Positions 20,816 to 33,825 are shown, numbered from the whole stretch's first letter. The stretch: 59,395 nt of DNA, filler included, from Squatina squatina (GCA_031763465.1; 3 parts of 3 records of this genome joined end to end with filler, not necessarily neighbours in it), one strand, 5' to 3'. Numbers and translations are program-made. The notes: a model not told the origin generated them from the sequence alone.

Positions 20816-22665
20816 TAGCAATGAAGCAGGGGCAATGATATACTGGCCATTACGCAGCCCGATGCAACAATAGCATTAAAGCAGGGGCAATGAAATACTG
20901 GATACTAAACAGTCCGATCCCACAGAAGCAGAAAAGCAGCAACAATAATATACTGGATCTTACACAGTCCGATCCCACAATAGCATGACAGCAGTGTAAC
21001 GATACTCTGTACATTACACAGGCCGATCCCACAGTAGCATTAGAGCAGGAGTAATGATACACTGAAAATTACACAGTCCGATCCCAGATTAGCATTACAG
21101 GAGGGGCAATAATATACTGGACATTACATAGTCTGATCCCACAATAGCATTAAACAGGGGCAACAACATGATGGTTCCTACACAGTCCGATCCCACAGTA
21201 GCATTGAAGCAGGGGCAATGATATACTGGATATTACACAGTCCGATCCGAAAGTAGCATTAAAGCCGGGGCAATGGTATACTGGCTAATACACGGTCCAT
21301 TCTCACAGCACCATTGAAGCTGGAGCAATGTTATTGTGGACATTACACAGTCCGATCCCACAATAGCATTAAAGCTGAGGTAATGATATACCGGGGATTA
21401 CACAGACAGATCCCACAATAGCATTAAAGCAGGAGTAATGATACACCAGACATTACACTGTCCAATCCCACAGTAGCATTAGAGCAGGAGTAATGGTATT
21501 CTTTACATTACACAGTCTGATCCTATGGTCGCATGAAAGTAGGGGCACTGATATACTGGACATTTAACAGTCCAATCCGACAGCAGCATTAAAGCAGGGG
21601 CAGTGATATGCTAAACATTACACAGTCTGATCCCACAGGAGCATTAAAGCAGGGACAATGATCCGGTGGTTGTTACACAGTCTGATCCCACAGTTGCAGT
21701 AAAGCAGAGGCAATCATATATACGAGATTGCACAGTCGGATCCCACAGGAACATTTAAGCAGGGGTAATGATATACTGGACAATACACAGTCCGATCCCA
21801 CAGGACCTTTAAAGCAGTCATAATGATATACTGGATAACACACAGTCCGATCCCACAGGAACATTACAGCAGTCATAATGATATACTGGACAATACACAG
21901 TCCGTTCTCACAATAGCATTGAAGTAGGGGCAATGGTATGCTGGACATTACAGTCTGATCCCACAGGAGCATTAAATCAGGGACAATGATATACTCGACA
22001 CTACACAGTCCGATCCCAGAATAACATGAAAGCAGGAGTAATGATACACTTGGTATTTCACAGTCCGATCCCACAGGAGCATTAAAGCAGGGACAATGAC
22101 CCTGTGGTTATTACACTGTCTGATCCCACAGTTGCAGTAAAGCAGGCGCAATGATATATACGATATTACACAGTCCAATCCCACAGAATTATTAAAGCAG
22201 GAGTAATGACATACTTAATAATACACAGTCCGATCCCACGGTAACATTAAAGCAGGGGTAATGATATGCTGGATAATGCACAGTCCGTTCTCACAGTCGG
22301 ATTGAAGTCGGGGCAATGGTATGCTGGACAATGCAGTCTGATCCCACCGTAGCATTGAAGCAAAGGCAATCATATTGAGGACATTACACAGTCCAATCCC
22401 ACAGTAGCATTAAAGCAGGGGCAATGGTATCCTGGATAATACATGTTCAATTCTCACAGCAGGAGCAATGTTATTGTGGACATTACACAGTCCGATCCCA
22501 CAGTAGCATTAAAGCTGAGGTCATGATATACTGGGGATTAAACAGTCAGATCCCACAATAGCATTAAAGCAGGAGTAATGTTACACCGGGCATTACACTG
22601 CCCAATCCCACAGCAGCATTAGAGCAGGAGTAATGATATTCTTTACATTACACAGTCTGATCCCA
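20816..22665. repeat. 55-bp satellite with higher-order structure
   Basis: Unit ~ATTACACAGTCCGATCCCACAGTAGCATTAAAGCAGGGGCAATGATATACTGGAC, ~33 copies; abuts a minus-strand CR1 tail (CATAGAA)n at 22664-22718. Confidence 0.95.
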
Positions 22666-23227
22666 TAGAACATAGAACATAGAAAAGACAGCACATAACA
22701 GGCCCTTCGGCCCACGATNNNNNNNNNNNNNNNNNNNNNNNNNNNNNNNNNNNNNNNNNNNNNNNNNNNNNNNNNNNNNNNNNNNNNNNNNNNNNNNNNN
22801 NNNNNNNNNNNNNNNNNNTGTTTTAGCGTCTTTCCGATATTCCGACACTCCCAGGAATCCCCTATATGCAGACATTTCAACGATTCTGCCACCATTCCCA
22901 GGTTCCCTCCGATATTCTGTAATTCGCAGGAACTCTCCGATGCTCCGACACTCCCATGGTCATCTAAAATTCCAACATTCCCGGGATCCCACTGATATTC
23001 AGCCATTCCTAGCGTTCCCTCCGATACTCTGATTTTCCTATGGTCGGTCCATTTTCCACGTTCCCGCTGCTATTCCAATATTTCCAGGGACCCTCTGGTA
23101 TTCCCAGGGTCCCCTCGGTATTCCAAAGGGTACCCTCCGATAATTCCAGGGTCCCTCCAATACTTCCAGTGTCGCTCTGATATTCCCAGGGTTCTCACCG
23201 ACAATCCCAGTCTGTCGGTGAACGCAC

Positions 23228-23415
23228 CTTGAAGACGAACATCTCCCCCCGGAGGAAGGCGACAGTGTCCACATTCCCATCGCAAATCTTGGGGCCAAAT
23301 GGAGAGGAGGGCTTGGTGGGGTGGTAGGGGTCCTTGGTTGGGTGCTTGGGCATCTTGGTCGGCAAGGTCGGAACTCGCTTTGTGGGCTTTGGTCTGGGAT
23401 CATAGTCAGGACGTC
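23228..23415 (-). CDS. MMP14: Membrane-type MMP exon (hinge + start of hemopexin domain), most like MMP14
   Basis: TGCAG| (G)[25 protein letters not shown]...[24 protein letters not shown] |GTGCGT, 188 bp, phase 1-0. PTKMP and [20 protein letters not shown] fit MMP14; MMP15/16/24 not fully excluded. Confidence 0.82.
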
Positions 23416-26404
23416 CTGCANNNNNNNNNNNNNNNNNNNNNNNNNNNNNNNNNNNNNNNNNNNNNNNNNNNNNNNNNNNNNNNNNNNNNNNNNNNNNNNN
23501 NNNNNNNNNNNNNNNNNNNNTTGTAATGTCACATTGACAGCTGCTGCCCCCTCCACTGCTATAAAATAATTGACATTGAATCAAAGCCTACTACTCCTTG
23601 GTTTACACCTATTTGGAATCACAAATAGATAGCAAGACTTTATTTTGTTTCACATATATTGAGGTCATTTCAGGCTTATCCGTTATGATATATACAAATT
23701 ATTCATCACTATTACAGGCATATTAAGAATGAGAGAGGGGAAAAAAGTATAGTTTATAACTGAATTGTTTTGGCCATCACTAAAATCACCCAAAGCATCA
23801 TATTAGAACTAAGTTTGAAGGGTAATATGTACAAATTGCAATATGTTATTTGCAGTAAAGCTACAATTTGTTGTAAGTCCAGCTCAATATGGCTGGTACT
23901 TGAGTGTCTTTAGGACAAATTGTTTGCCTGTGGAGATGTGTGGTCCCATGAACCAGTTCTAAATTCCATTTCTTTCATCATTCTGATTCTTTATCTGTGC
24001 GTTTAGATCTTGGTTGTAGAAAACCATGATTTAATAAACCACAAAGAAATGCTGTTGAATTCTGTAAACATTCCACAAATATCTATTAAATCTTCCAGTT
24101 GGTGAGAAAAAACAATTTTTCATTTTTGTCTTGAAGACAGAAAGAAAATAAATGTTTGCAGGATAATAGTTTCTACAAATAAATTCCATTCTCTGACTTC
24201 ATATATTAACCTACTAGTCTGACAAATGCTAGTCTGACAAATGCCAGATTTTAAAGAGCTATTATTACACATCACTAGCAGCACCATAAATTTACCATTC
24301 TTAGCATATATTAATAATCTCTTCAGAGTTATAATCCCCTATTATTCTACATGATTTTTAGTGTCTTCAATGATATTTTGATAGGACTCTGTGTGAATTA
24401 CTGCCTTGTTTGGGCTGAGCCTCAAAGTGAATTCCAAATGGTAACCCAGAAGTTGGATATCCAGAAAACCCAAATTTTGTCCCAGTTCAGATCATTCAGA
24501 TACGATGTTTTATGTATTCAATAGTGGAGCTTTATGCAGAGAAAGAGAGAGCGAGAGACAGAATCTGCAGGTTAGTCTCTTCAGATGTGTTAAATATCAG
24601 TATGCTTTCATCATCTTGGGTTTGGTGTTAGAGACATGGAAGGAAGTAGGACTGGTTTTCCATTTTCCATATTCTTATGGTTTAGTGCAAGAAATTGTTC
24701 TTGTGGTCCACGAAGGGTGGTGATTAATTGTCAAGCAATCTGGGAGAAATCTAGCAAGATCTTTGGTGGTCTCGGAGGAGGGTAGAACTTATCTAAGATC
24801 CTAATGGTCAGGGGAGGAATAGGACAATTTTGACAAGCAAACCAAGGATTCTCTCCTCAGTTGTAATGCCAACTCATATTTGGTTATTTTGAGAGGAATG
24901 GGAATCAAATCAGAATTCACTTCATTACTTACTCATTTTAGTTAAGACACATTCAGCAGAATACCTGAATTTTGTCCAATTTAGAAATGGTGCATGTTCC
25001 TTTAAAAAAAATGATAACATCCAGTACACTAAGGGACTAAGGTCTCAATTGCCCAAGTGTCTGTTGGGTAATGCTTGTTATACATTCAACCTGAATGCTT
25101 TTGGATTCAGGCTATTTGTGTAATTGATTTCAGCATGGGCAAGTCTTCCACCCAGACATTAGTCATATCGTAATAGGGGGCAGGAATTTTAAAATGCTGC
25201 TTCAAGTCTTAAAGGGCTAATGTCTTTACTGAATTGAGGCAATTGATAGTGACTTTTTGTTTGCAGAAAATGGCCAACAGGAACACGGCAGGCAGAAGTG
25301 CCCCCAGGTTTGATGACAAATCTACAGAAACAATGGTGCAGCAGAGATGGGGAATTCTGTTCCTTTGAGATGGCAGGGGAGTCAGGAAGGCAAGGGGCCA
25401 GAGAGATTGGCAAGAGATGACAGTTGCAGTCAATACAAGCGGCAATTATCTCACCAGGAATTTTAAGTAGAGGCACCACTTCACCATCCAAATAATACAC
25501 TGTGCCCACAGTGTGCCTGCAACACTGTTCTGTCCTACACATGCACTCCCTAATGAAGTATTTAAATTCCCTTGGATGGCCATTATACTACACTCATCAC
25601 TGTTACTATCCTCACTTTACCATCTTGTCAACACTTTTCCAATTCCATCTATGCCCAGCACCTGCATGCATAGAATAATGTCACAGGAATAGCAACAGCT
25701 AGGACCCCAGGTGTTCACAATATATATTAATGATTTAGATGAGGGAATTAATTGTAATATCTCCAAGTTTGNNNNNNNNNNNNNNNNNNNNNNNNNNNNN
25801 NNNNNNNNNNNNNNNNNNNNNNNNNNNNNNNNNNNNNNNNNNNNNNNNNNNNNNNNNNNNNNNNNNNNNNNCAGCAGGCACAAATATATGGTAGTATCCT
25901 GGATTTATGCTCGAATGATGATTAAGTTAATTTTACTTTCTGTTATGGTTTGGCCGGCCTCAAACCTTCCCTTTGCAAAATCTACCTTATTTTTGCACTC
26001 TTATCTCGATGCGGAGCCTAATACGTGTGCTGTCGATACCTTCAGTCACATACAGTGCGGTCTCAGGTTGTGACACCGAATCTGCCTGAATCTCCCCGAA
26101 TTAAAAGTTAACTTAGAGTTGAAGCAATGCTGTGTTAGAAAGTCTATTAGCACATTAGAGCAAACAGATGAAGGCATTGCCATACCTACCAAACACCAGC
26201 CACAATATAATAAGGTGACGGTATGACATGTGCTCTGTTATATCTTCACCAACAACCCCTTGGAATAGCAGTTCTATTTCCTGTTGCAATAAGTCATACT
26301 GAGTAAAGTGAGCAACTATTCGGCTGGAAGGTGTAACAAAAGGTGAGCGAGTATCTCATTCATATACCTTCCTGGTAAAGGGGACAGAATGCATTAACTG
26401 GGCA

Positions 26405-26750
26405 AGAGCATTTTGATCCCATCTATACCGCAGCTCACCTTCTGCTGAAACCATCATCTTTGACTTTGTTACCTCTATTCTCCACTATGTCAATGCTCTC
26501 CTACCTGGCTTCAAACATTGCACCCTCCGTAAACTTGAGCACATTCAAAACTCGACTGCATTGATCCGAACTTGCTCCGAGTCCCATTCACCCATCACAC
26601 CTGTGCTCACTGACCTACACTAGATCCTGGTCCAACAACGCCTCAATTTTAAAATTTTCATCCTAGTTTTCAAATTCCTCCATGGCCTTGCCCCTCCCTA
26701 TCTTTGTAATCTCCTCCAGCCCTACGACACTCCGCGATCCTCGCGCTGCA
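26405..26750 (+). mobile_element. L2 LINE 3' fragment
   Basis: SAETII..FVTS.L.Y.NALL.G...KL..IQNS.A....SPITPVL.DLH, the L2 ORF2 C-terminal pattern. Confidence 0.8.
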
Positions 26751-27569
26751 ACAGGGCCTCTGCTGGAAATTAGAACAGATTCATCAATAATTACTGGTCT
26801 GAAATGCCCCCCACGTAAGCCAGATGCTGAGTAGCTGCATTACTGCTGTCCGCTCTGTAAAAGGTGGTTGGATATTTGAAGACACCCGTTCTAATCCACA
26901 CCCTCAATAATCTGCTGTCATGTCTCAGGATGCTCTCACCTCACTTCCTTATGTCCCCGGTGAAACCGGTAGGTGGTGAGCTGGTTGCTAGTGAATGGAA
27001 ACATGCCGAGCTTGGCTGCAGTCAGTGTCCTTATTGGGGATTGTCTCCACTTTTGGAGACCAGGGGTGGGGTAGGAATGAAACCCTTGTTTGTTTATTGC
27101 AAACCGACCGCCTTGGGATTGATAATGGTGACAGAAAGCAATCCAGCGGTATCAAGACATTCTGGAGGACACTGGACATTGGGGGAGGTCTATGCTTGTT
27201 TTAAAGAGCACAATCATTACCATGTGCAATCTGTTTATTGTGTANNNNNNNNNNNNNNNNNNNNNNNNNNNNNNNNNNNNNNNNNNNNNNNNNNNNNNNN
27301 NNNNNNNNNNNNNNNNNNNNNNNNNNNNNNNNNNNNNNNNNNNNCTGCCTGGGTATTGGCGGTACCAATATAAGTAATAGCCGCCAGAATATGTGCAGGT
27401 TAAAGTGGCATCTTCTCCCTCTGTCTGTGTGAGTGACGACTCCCGTTGAGTGACAGAATCTCCATCGCTCAGATCTGGAACACACGGTTAAAGAAAGTGG
27501 AAATCGTCAATTAAAGGTTCAAACTGCCAGTGAAAATGCGCAATGAGGTTTACATAAAATGGAACAGAA

Positions 27570-27901
27570 ATTACTGCAAAGAAACAGGTCATTCGGATCA
27601 ACTGGTCAATTGCTTATGCTCCACACGAAATTCCATCCATGCTTCTTCATCTCTCCCTATCAGCAGATCCTTCTATTTCTTTCTCCATCATGTGATTATC
27701 CATCTTCTCCTTAAGTGAATCTATGCTATTCGCCTCAGCTGCTCTTTGTGCTACCGGGTTCCACATTCTGACCTTGGTAAGAACGTCTCTGCTGAATTCA
27801 CCGTTGGATACTTTTGCGTGATTATCAATATGTCTGCCGCCTAGTTTGGACTTCAGCAGAAGGGAAAGCATAGTTTCTATGTCTACCCTATCACACACCT
27901 T
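27570..27901 (-). mobile_element. CR1 LINE 3' fragment
   Basis: CDRVD.E...L....VRMWN.....A.EANSI on the minus strand, followed by a CR1-type tail. Confidence 0.75.
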
Positions 27902-27945
27902 NNNNNNNNNNNNNNNNNNNNNNNNNNNNNNNNNNNNNNNNNNNN

Positions 27946-27957
27946 TTAATTAATTAA
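27946..27957. other. Artificial assembly spacer TTAATTAATTAA (44N+12+44N)
   Basis: Palindrome giving stops in all six frames, centred in a 100-nt gap; identical construct at 45244-45255. Confidence 0.95.
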
Positions 27958-29419
27958 NNNNNNNNNNNNNNNNNNNNNNNNNNNNNNNNNNNNNNNNNNN
28001 NCCTGACCCCCATTTTAAGCACTCGCCCATCCCATTCCTGCTGGGCTGGCAGGGTTAAAATCAGCCACTTAACTTTTTTGAGACATAAAGTTGAGAAAGA
28101 TCAATAATTAGAAAGGAACTAAAATTTGAGTTTAAAACTAGGGTAGATAGAGAATGGGAACAAAGAATGATTAGGGGATAAAGTGGAGCTAATGAGGTAA
28201 ATGGAAATGTTTATTTTTGGTTTGATAAGATTAATATAACAGCAATAAAGCTGCTCTTGATATCACAGTAGATTCATTACTGTAATCTATTTTCAGTTTC
28301 ACAGTACATCAGGTGAAAATAAACATTACCTGTTGGATCAGCGAGTCAGGAACTTCTTGCACTGTCAGTAGCCAAGATTTATTGAAGAAAATGTTTCGGN
28401 NNNNNNNNNTGTGGTTATATATAAATACATTGCTCCTGATAAGCAGATTTTGCTGCCAACTCTTTTCAGATTTAATGTACATTTTTTAGTCTAATTGCTT
28501 CTAATAGCTTCATACACCCTTGTACAATACAGAGTTGCAGTTATAATTAACAGTTTTGCTGAAAATTCAAGATTTTTTCGAGAGCCATTTATTGAGATGT
28601 GGCTGATTTTTTTTTGTTTCTTTCAGTCAGGGAGAAAAGGTTAAAACAAAAAGGAACATTNNNNNNNNNNNNNNNNNNNNNNNNNNNNNNNNNNNNNNNN
28701 NNNNNNNNNNNNNNNNNNNNNNNNNNNNNNNNNNNNNNNNNNNNNNNNNNNNNNNNNNNNAAAACCCTTTGAGGGATCCTATGAGGTGCCAAAACTCCGG
28801 TAGCAAAGCTTGAGTAGTTTGTTTTGTTATCAGAACCCCAAAGTATGCTGTAGACTTTTAGCACACTCTTAAATATATGTCTTTGTCAAATGATGTAATG
28901 TAGCGTTTCTATTTTCTGCTACTGGCGCCATTATGACAGTCATGTTTCTTTTCATGGTTTCCAATTGTATGATGGAAAAGAGACTGCCAATGTTAGAGAA
29001 TTGGAAGTAGACTTCTGTTTTGATAGATACACTGGTGTATATATTTTCTTTTTATCATGGCTAGGAACTAAAATAATAATGCATGTTCAGCCTGAAAGGG
29101 CTTCATGGAGTAAATATTTTTGGCAGACCATTCTTTCAAAGAAAAATTGGAGAGAGAATAGAACTATTCGTCATGTCAGAAATATCACCTCACAGCCTAC
29201 ATACACACTATTTTGTTCCTTTGCTTCAAGGCAGATCCTTTAATTTTCCCGTTGCGTATTTTTTTAGTCAAAGCTAGATTATTGATGATATAATCAGGGG
29301 GACTGACTGGACTCTGTGCAGCTGGAGTGTGAGAGGAACTGAATGTACGCACAGCTCGGTCAGTGACACAGCTCGGGCTGATGGTTCTACTGAGTCACTC
29401 CTTCAAGCCAATGCTCCAA

Positions 29420-29658
29420 ATCGTACAATTACGTTGAATTTACAGCACGGAAACAGGCCATTCGGCCCGTTGGCTCGGTGCCGGCGTTTCTGCTCCACAC
29501 AAGCCTCCTCCCACCCCCCCTCTTCATCTCCCCCCATCACCATATCCTTCTCCCTTTCTCCCTCATGTGTTTATCCAGCTTCCCCTCAATCGCATCTCTG
29601 CGATTGGCCTCGACCACTCCCTGTGGCAGAGAGTTCCACATTCTCACTGCTCTCTGGG
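29420..29658 (-). mobile_element. CR1 LINE 3' tail
   Basis: ACAGCACGGAAACAGGCCATTCGGCCC...CCCTGTGGCAGAGAGTTCCACATTCTCAC, like the other CR1 tails in the window. Confidence 0.8.
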
Positions 29659-29844
29659 TAGGGTGAGCAGATGTCCCGGTTTCGCTGGGGACAGTCCTGG
29701 TTTTTGAGGAAGTGCCCCGGTGTCCCGAAACTTACCTCAAAAGTGCTCGAATGTCCCGGGTTTTCGTGCCTACCCGTCCCGGCAAAGAACAGACTGCACA
29801 GCCTGATTGTCCCGGTTTACGACTCTTCCGATCTGGTCACCCTA
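29659..29844. mobile_element. hAT (Blackjack-like) MITE, 186 bp
   Basis: TIRs TAGGGTGAGCAGAT / ATCTGGTCACCCTA (13/14 match), internal TGTCCCG subrepeats; no TSD (left flank is a CR1 tail). Confidence 0.8.
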
Positions 29845-30545
29845 AAGCACATGCACGATCAAGGTATAAAAGACCAACGAACTAAACTCCTTCCCGTTTA
29901 TTCCCATTGCAGAAATTCAATGACCATTTACTTCCATTAATTGGAATTCCAACAGTTGGGTGAGGTAATGACTGAGAAGAAAATAGCTAAAGATAAACCC
30001 ATGAAATCACTGGTAAAACAGTTTTTTGAGAGTAGTGGGATCAAAAGATTTGGAAGGTCTGTATTCAGTACTTTTGATTAGTACCAAAAGTTGAATGTTT
30101 CCCCTTAGTAGTTTAGGTTATTACTTTAATGTCTTCGAGCAGCCTAACTTAACTGGGTGTGTCAGATTTTGGTGTGTCATTACACTTTATAATTTTATAT
30201 AATATTGGTTGATCTCTTGTCACATTGCACATCATGATTTTATGTTATACGTGTACATAAAAATGTACTAGTTGATCACTCGCTGTATTGTTCATGAGCA
30301 AATATTGTAAAAGTGAAATAACAGCAGTGGATGGAATCTCCACCATGTGACCGGAAAAATGACAAATGTACGCACAATAAAATCTTGTTAACATTATCCC
30401 TGACCCTACTCTTCCCTGGTGTTGACAGCAATGAATAGATAACAATCCCTGCTATAGTTCAGTAATGTTTGTTTCTTCACTTTATTTGCTGCTTGAAAGT
30501 ATTAATTCACAATAGTAATGCGTGCAATCTCTGTTTTGTGGCAAG

Positions 30546-30690
30546 CAATGTTCCCTGTAAATTTTGTTTGGGGCTGCGTGGGCCATTCAAAATACCGCGC
30601 ATGCGTGTTTTTTTTCATTAAAAAGGCGGCAAGCTGACTGCACGGCGTCCCTGGAGCACCGCAGGGCCACACAGCTTACAGAGAACATTG
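30546..30690. mobile_element. hAT-type MITE, 145 bp, with 8-bp TSD
   Basis: TIRs CAATGTTCCCTGTAA / TTACAGAGAACATTG (14/15); perfect TSD GTGGCAAG at 30538-30545 and 30691-30698. Confidence 0.92.
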
Positions 30691-31600
30691 GTGGCAAGTA
30701 AAACATTGATATGGACGGTAAAATTCCTTTTGGTTTTGAACTGAATAGTTACTTCAGTAAAAAAAAAGCTTTTTTAAAGTAAAACTAAAGAAACCCTTGT
30801 GCAACCTGAAGTTGATGGAACAATAACCATATCATCTTTAAGAACACACTGGGTAGAATTTACTGTCAATATAACAGTGAGGCTAACAGCAGACAACCTC
30901 TCTGGCAGTGAAAATTAACTTTTACAAGTGTGGAGTTTCTTTTTTAATTACTTTTTATTTGTTGTTTTTCTCTCACTAAATCCAATTTTTCTTTCCCTCA
31001 CTTTATTTTGCTTTCTGTACCTGATTTGACATGAATTTACTATTCTAACTTGCATTTCAGATTCTGCACTGTTCTTGTGTCTGGTTACGGAGACACACAG
31101 TTGCTTGCCCTGTTCACACTGGTCCCGGATAGCCTGTAGAGGGCGCTGGGCCATTTGGATCTCTAATTTACAGAAACTTTGGAAACAAAATTGCCCCTTT
31201 TTATAGCCCCATTAACGCCTCCGGAGGCAGTAATGGGGCGCAATGGTGTTTTCGCCCNNNNNNNNNNNNNNNNNNNNNNNNNNNNNNNNNNNNNNNNNNN
31301 NNNNNNNNNNNNNNNNNNNNNNNNNNNNNNNNNNNNNNNNNNNNNNNNNNNNNNNNNAAATTAGTATGATTCTTTTTAAAAAAAAAAGTTACAGTGATTT
31401 AATTTCAGTAAGTACTCCAGAATTAGTTATATTCTAGAACACTGTAATTTCTCACTTGTCTCTACTATGATATTACCAGGACTTTTGTAATGTTGAAAGA
31501 TGCACTCTTCTATGTGTAACACAAAATCACGTTCTTGTGTTTGAGAACCACTTGTCACCTTACATCTCCACACAATTAATTATTTTATCTCCTACCCCAG

Positions 31601-31704
31601 GGGAAGGATCTCCTGCCTACACTGGAAGTGGTTACAGTGTGTATGAAGAAGAAAATGATAAGTTAACAGAGGGCCTTCGAGAAAAAGTGACTACATTAAA
31701 ATCA
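31601..31704 (+). CDS. BET1: BET1 Golgi SNARE, second coding exon
   Basis: CCCCAG| (G)EGSPAYTGSGYSVYEEENDKLTEGLREKVTTLKS |GTAAGT, 104 bp, phase 1-0; resembles BET1 as I recall it (GEG...[25 protein letters not shown]). Confidence 0.88.
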
Positions 31705-33079
31705 GTAAGTTCCAATTCTTGTAAACAATTATTTAAGTTTCAGATGGACTGATAGCAGTTTTGCTGCAGTGCATTTTTTTCATTTTCATTATATATGATA
31801 TATTATTTTTATTATATATTCTAATGCATTCAGTTTCTATGGTACTGAAGGTGAGCTACTACAGAAATCCATTAATTCCGAATACAATCTGCTGCTCTTA
31901 ATTTAAACTTGCTTAATTCAAATTTCTCTTTTTTTAAGCAAAACATGACTTTCAATTAACAGTAGATTGGACTTTGAACTGGCTTTACTGCAAAAATAAT
32001 TCAGTTGGCTCGAATTAGCATTTCTAAACTGCTGTAGTATTTTTGTTTCTGTCATGTTAGATTAATGATTTAACATTATTATTAATTGNNNNNNNNNNNN
32101 NNNNNNNNNNNNNNNNNNNNNNNNNNNNNNNNNNNNNNNNNNNNNNNNNNNNNNNNNNNNNNNNNNNNNNNNNNNNNNNNNNNNNNNNTCATTAATCTAT
32201 TTTCCATTTCTTTCTGATTTTTTTTTGCAAGATTGCAGCAGCCCACCCTTTTCCGTCTACGGATGTTATACCCTGGCTCATTAACAAAATTCTCCACCCC
32301 TTAAATCTAGCAAATGAACAATTGAGTTAAGAAACTTTCTTGATCCACCCACATAAAAAATAAAGTTGCATGTGATGTCTATTAGTATCCCTGCCTGAAA
32401 TGTTCTGGCCTTTTTTTTGTTGCAAGATTTGTATTTCACCAGTGCCAAGAAAACATCTGGTTTGAAAGCTGCCACCCTTTAGTAACTTCCTGGCTAGCAG
32501 TTAGCAGTCTCTGTAACTGCCGACAGCAAATCTGCAGCCTTGAAGAGCGTGTACTTCAGCGATGTTAAAGAGCTCTAGAGGGAGCACTCTACACAGTCCA
32601 GCATCCTGTAAAAAGCTGCTGCAGTTCCACGGGCCAAGCTCCAAGTTTTCTGGATAGTAAATTACATCAAAGTGGATGATTGCTGTTATAATATCTCCAT
32701 TTGAGAATTCCACGTGGCAAGCTGTGCAGTACAGTTAGTCTTGAGTCGAATGGAATTGAACATAAATTGACCTTAACGCAGAGAGACTATTCCTCTTCTT
32801 TCATTACTGCTGCAACATAGAATTAGGCTATCTTCTTCAAATCTGAATTTAAAATCAGGCTTGATATTTTCCGATATTACATTTATGCTCTTTTTTCAAA
32901 TTTGTGTTGTTTATTTCCCTTACCTGAGTGCGATTTTGAAGAAAACACAGCAACCCAATCATTTTTGTTTTGTACTCTGCTGAACAGGGCAGAAAAACAG
33001 AATCATTTTATTGCAAACATTACTGCATTCTGGTCTATTTTTTGTTTCCCTCTCATGGCTGTTGCTGTTTTTTTTCCCC

Positions 33080-33410
33080 CTGTTTACACCCTATCTAGAT
33101 GTAATGTGCTTTGTTATGTTGCCATTACCACCTCTGATTGCCTTGCATCATCTCTTAATCTCTTCTGCCTTCCAGACAATCACACTATTATGTTACCCTT
33201 TGTCCTTCCCTCTCCCCTCCCACCCCTTTGCCTGTCAGTGCTTTAAAACTTGCTGTATTTCTGGCTTTTTCAGTTCTGACGAAGGGTCATCGACCCGAAA
33301 CGTTGACTCTGTTTTTCTCTCCACAGATGCTGCCTGACCTGCTGAGTTTTTCCAGCATTTTCTGTTTATATTCTAGATTCCAGTATCCGCAGCATTTCGC
33401 TTCTGTCCAA
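33080..33410 (+). mobile_element. Penelope-like element terminal repeat fragment
   Basis: Pyrimidine-rich tract, then TCTGACGAAGGGTCATCGACCCGAAACGTTGACTCTG..CCACAGATGCTGCCTGACCTGCTGAG..TCCAGCATTTTCTG. Confidence 0.75.
33272..33308 (+). ncRNA. Minimal type I hammerhead ribozyme motif
   Basis: AGUU-CUGACGA-A-GGGUC(AUC)GACCC-GAAA-CG-UU-GACU: conserved core, 5-bp stem II, palindromic ACGU stem III, stem I AGUU/GACU. Confidence 0.72.
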
Positions 33411-33825
33411 CAAACAGCGATGATGAACCTCACCGGGTAATTTAGTTTTTAGTTATGGTTGAAGGATAAATAGTGGCCAGGACACGGGTGAGAGCTCCGC
33501 TGCTCCTCTTTGAAATAGTGCCATGGGATCTTTTACATAATTTAAGCTGTTGCAAGGACTGTGCCCCAGCCTGGTACACCAGCGCAGAAGAAGAGAGCTA
33601 TTGCACAATGTGACCTTTCTTTAATGTCATTTAATGTCAAGCTGCCTGAATACATTCCGATCCTGACACTTTGACGTCTACGCTGGCTAACGTTGCAACT
33701 CCCAATGATAAACATGACTTTCCGTCTTGTGGGACTGGGTTTGGGCAGAGCGCGGATTGGAGCTGTACAATGAATGATACGAGGTGGTTCAGTGCACGCA
33801 GTTCCTGACAAGCTCAACTCCAGTG

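Noticed and set aside
8716-22665. CRISPR-like periodicity in the repeat arrays
   Set aside because: No unique spacers, no cas genes, vertebrate context.
17975-22665. RSS pattern in the 47-, 67- and 55-bp satellites
   Set aside because: Checked by eye. The 55-mer has CACAGTC/CACAGTA but no nonamer at 12 or 23 bp, the 67-mer has GACAGTG (no CAC), and the 47-mer has no good heptamer. These serve as internal negative controls.
28330-28399. Possible minus-strand exon end RNIFFNKSWLLTVQEVPDSLIQQ|GTAATG
   Set aside because: Good donor, but only 23 codons, truncated by a gap and unrecognised; needs BLASTx.
32501-32721. Possible minus-strand terminal exon (CHVEFSNGDII...YRDC*) after CTAAC..CACAG
   Set aside because: No polypyrimidine tract and no recognisable homology.
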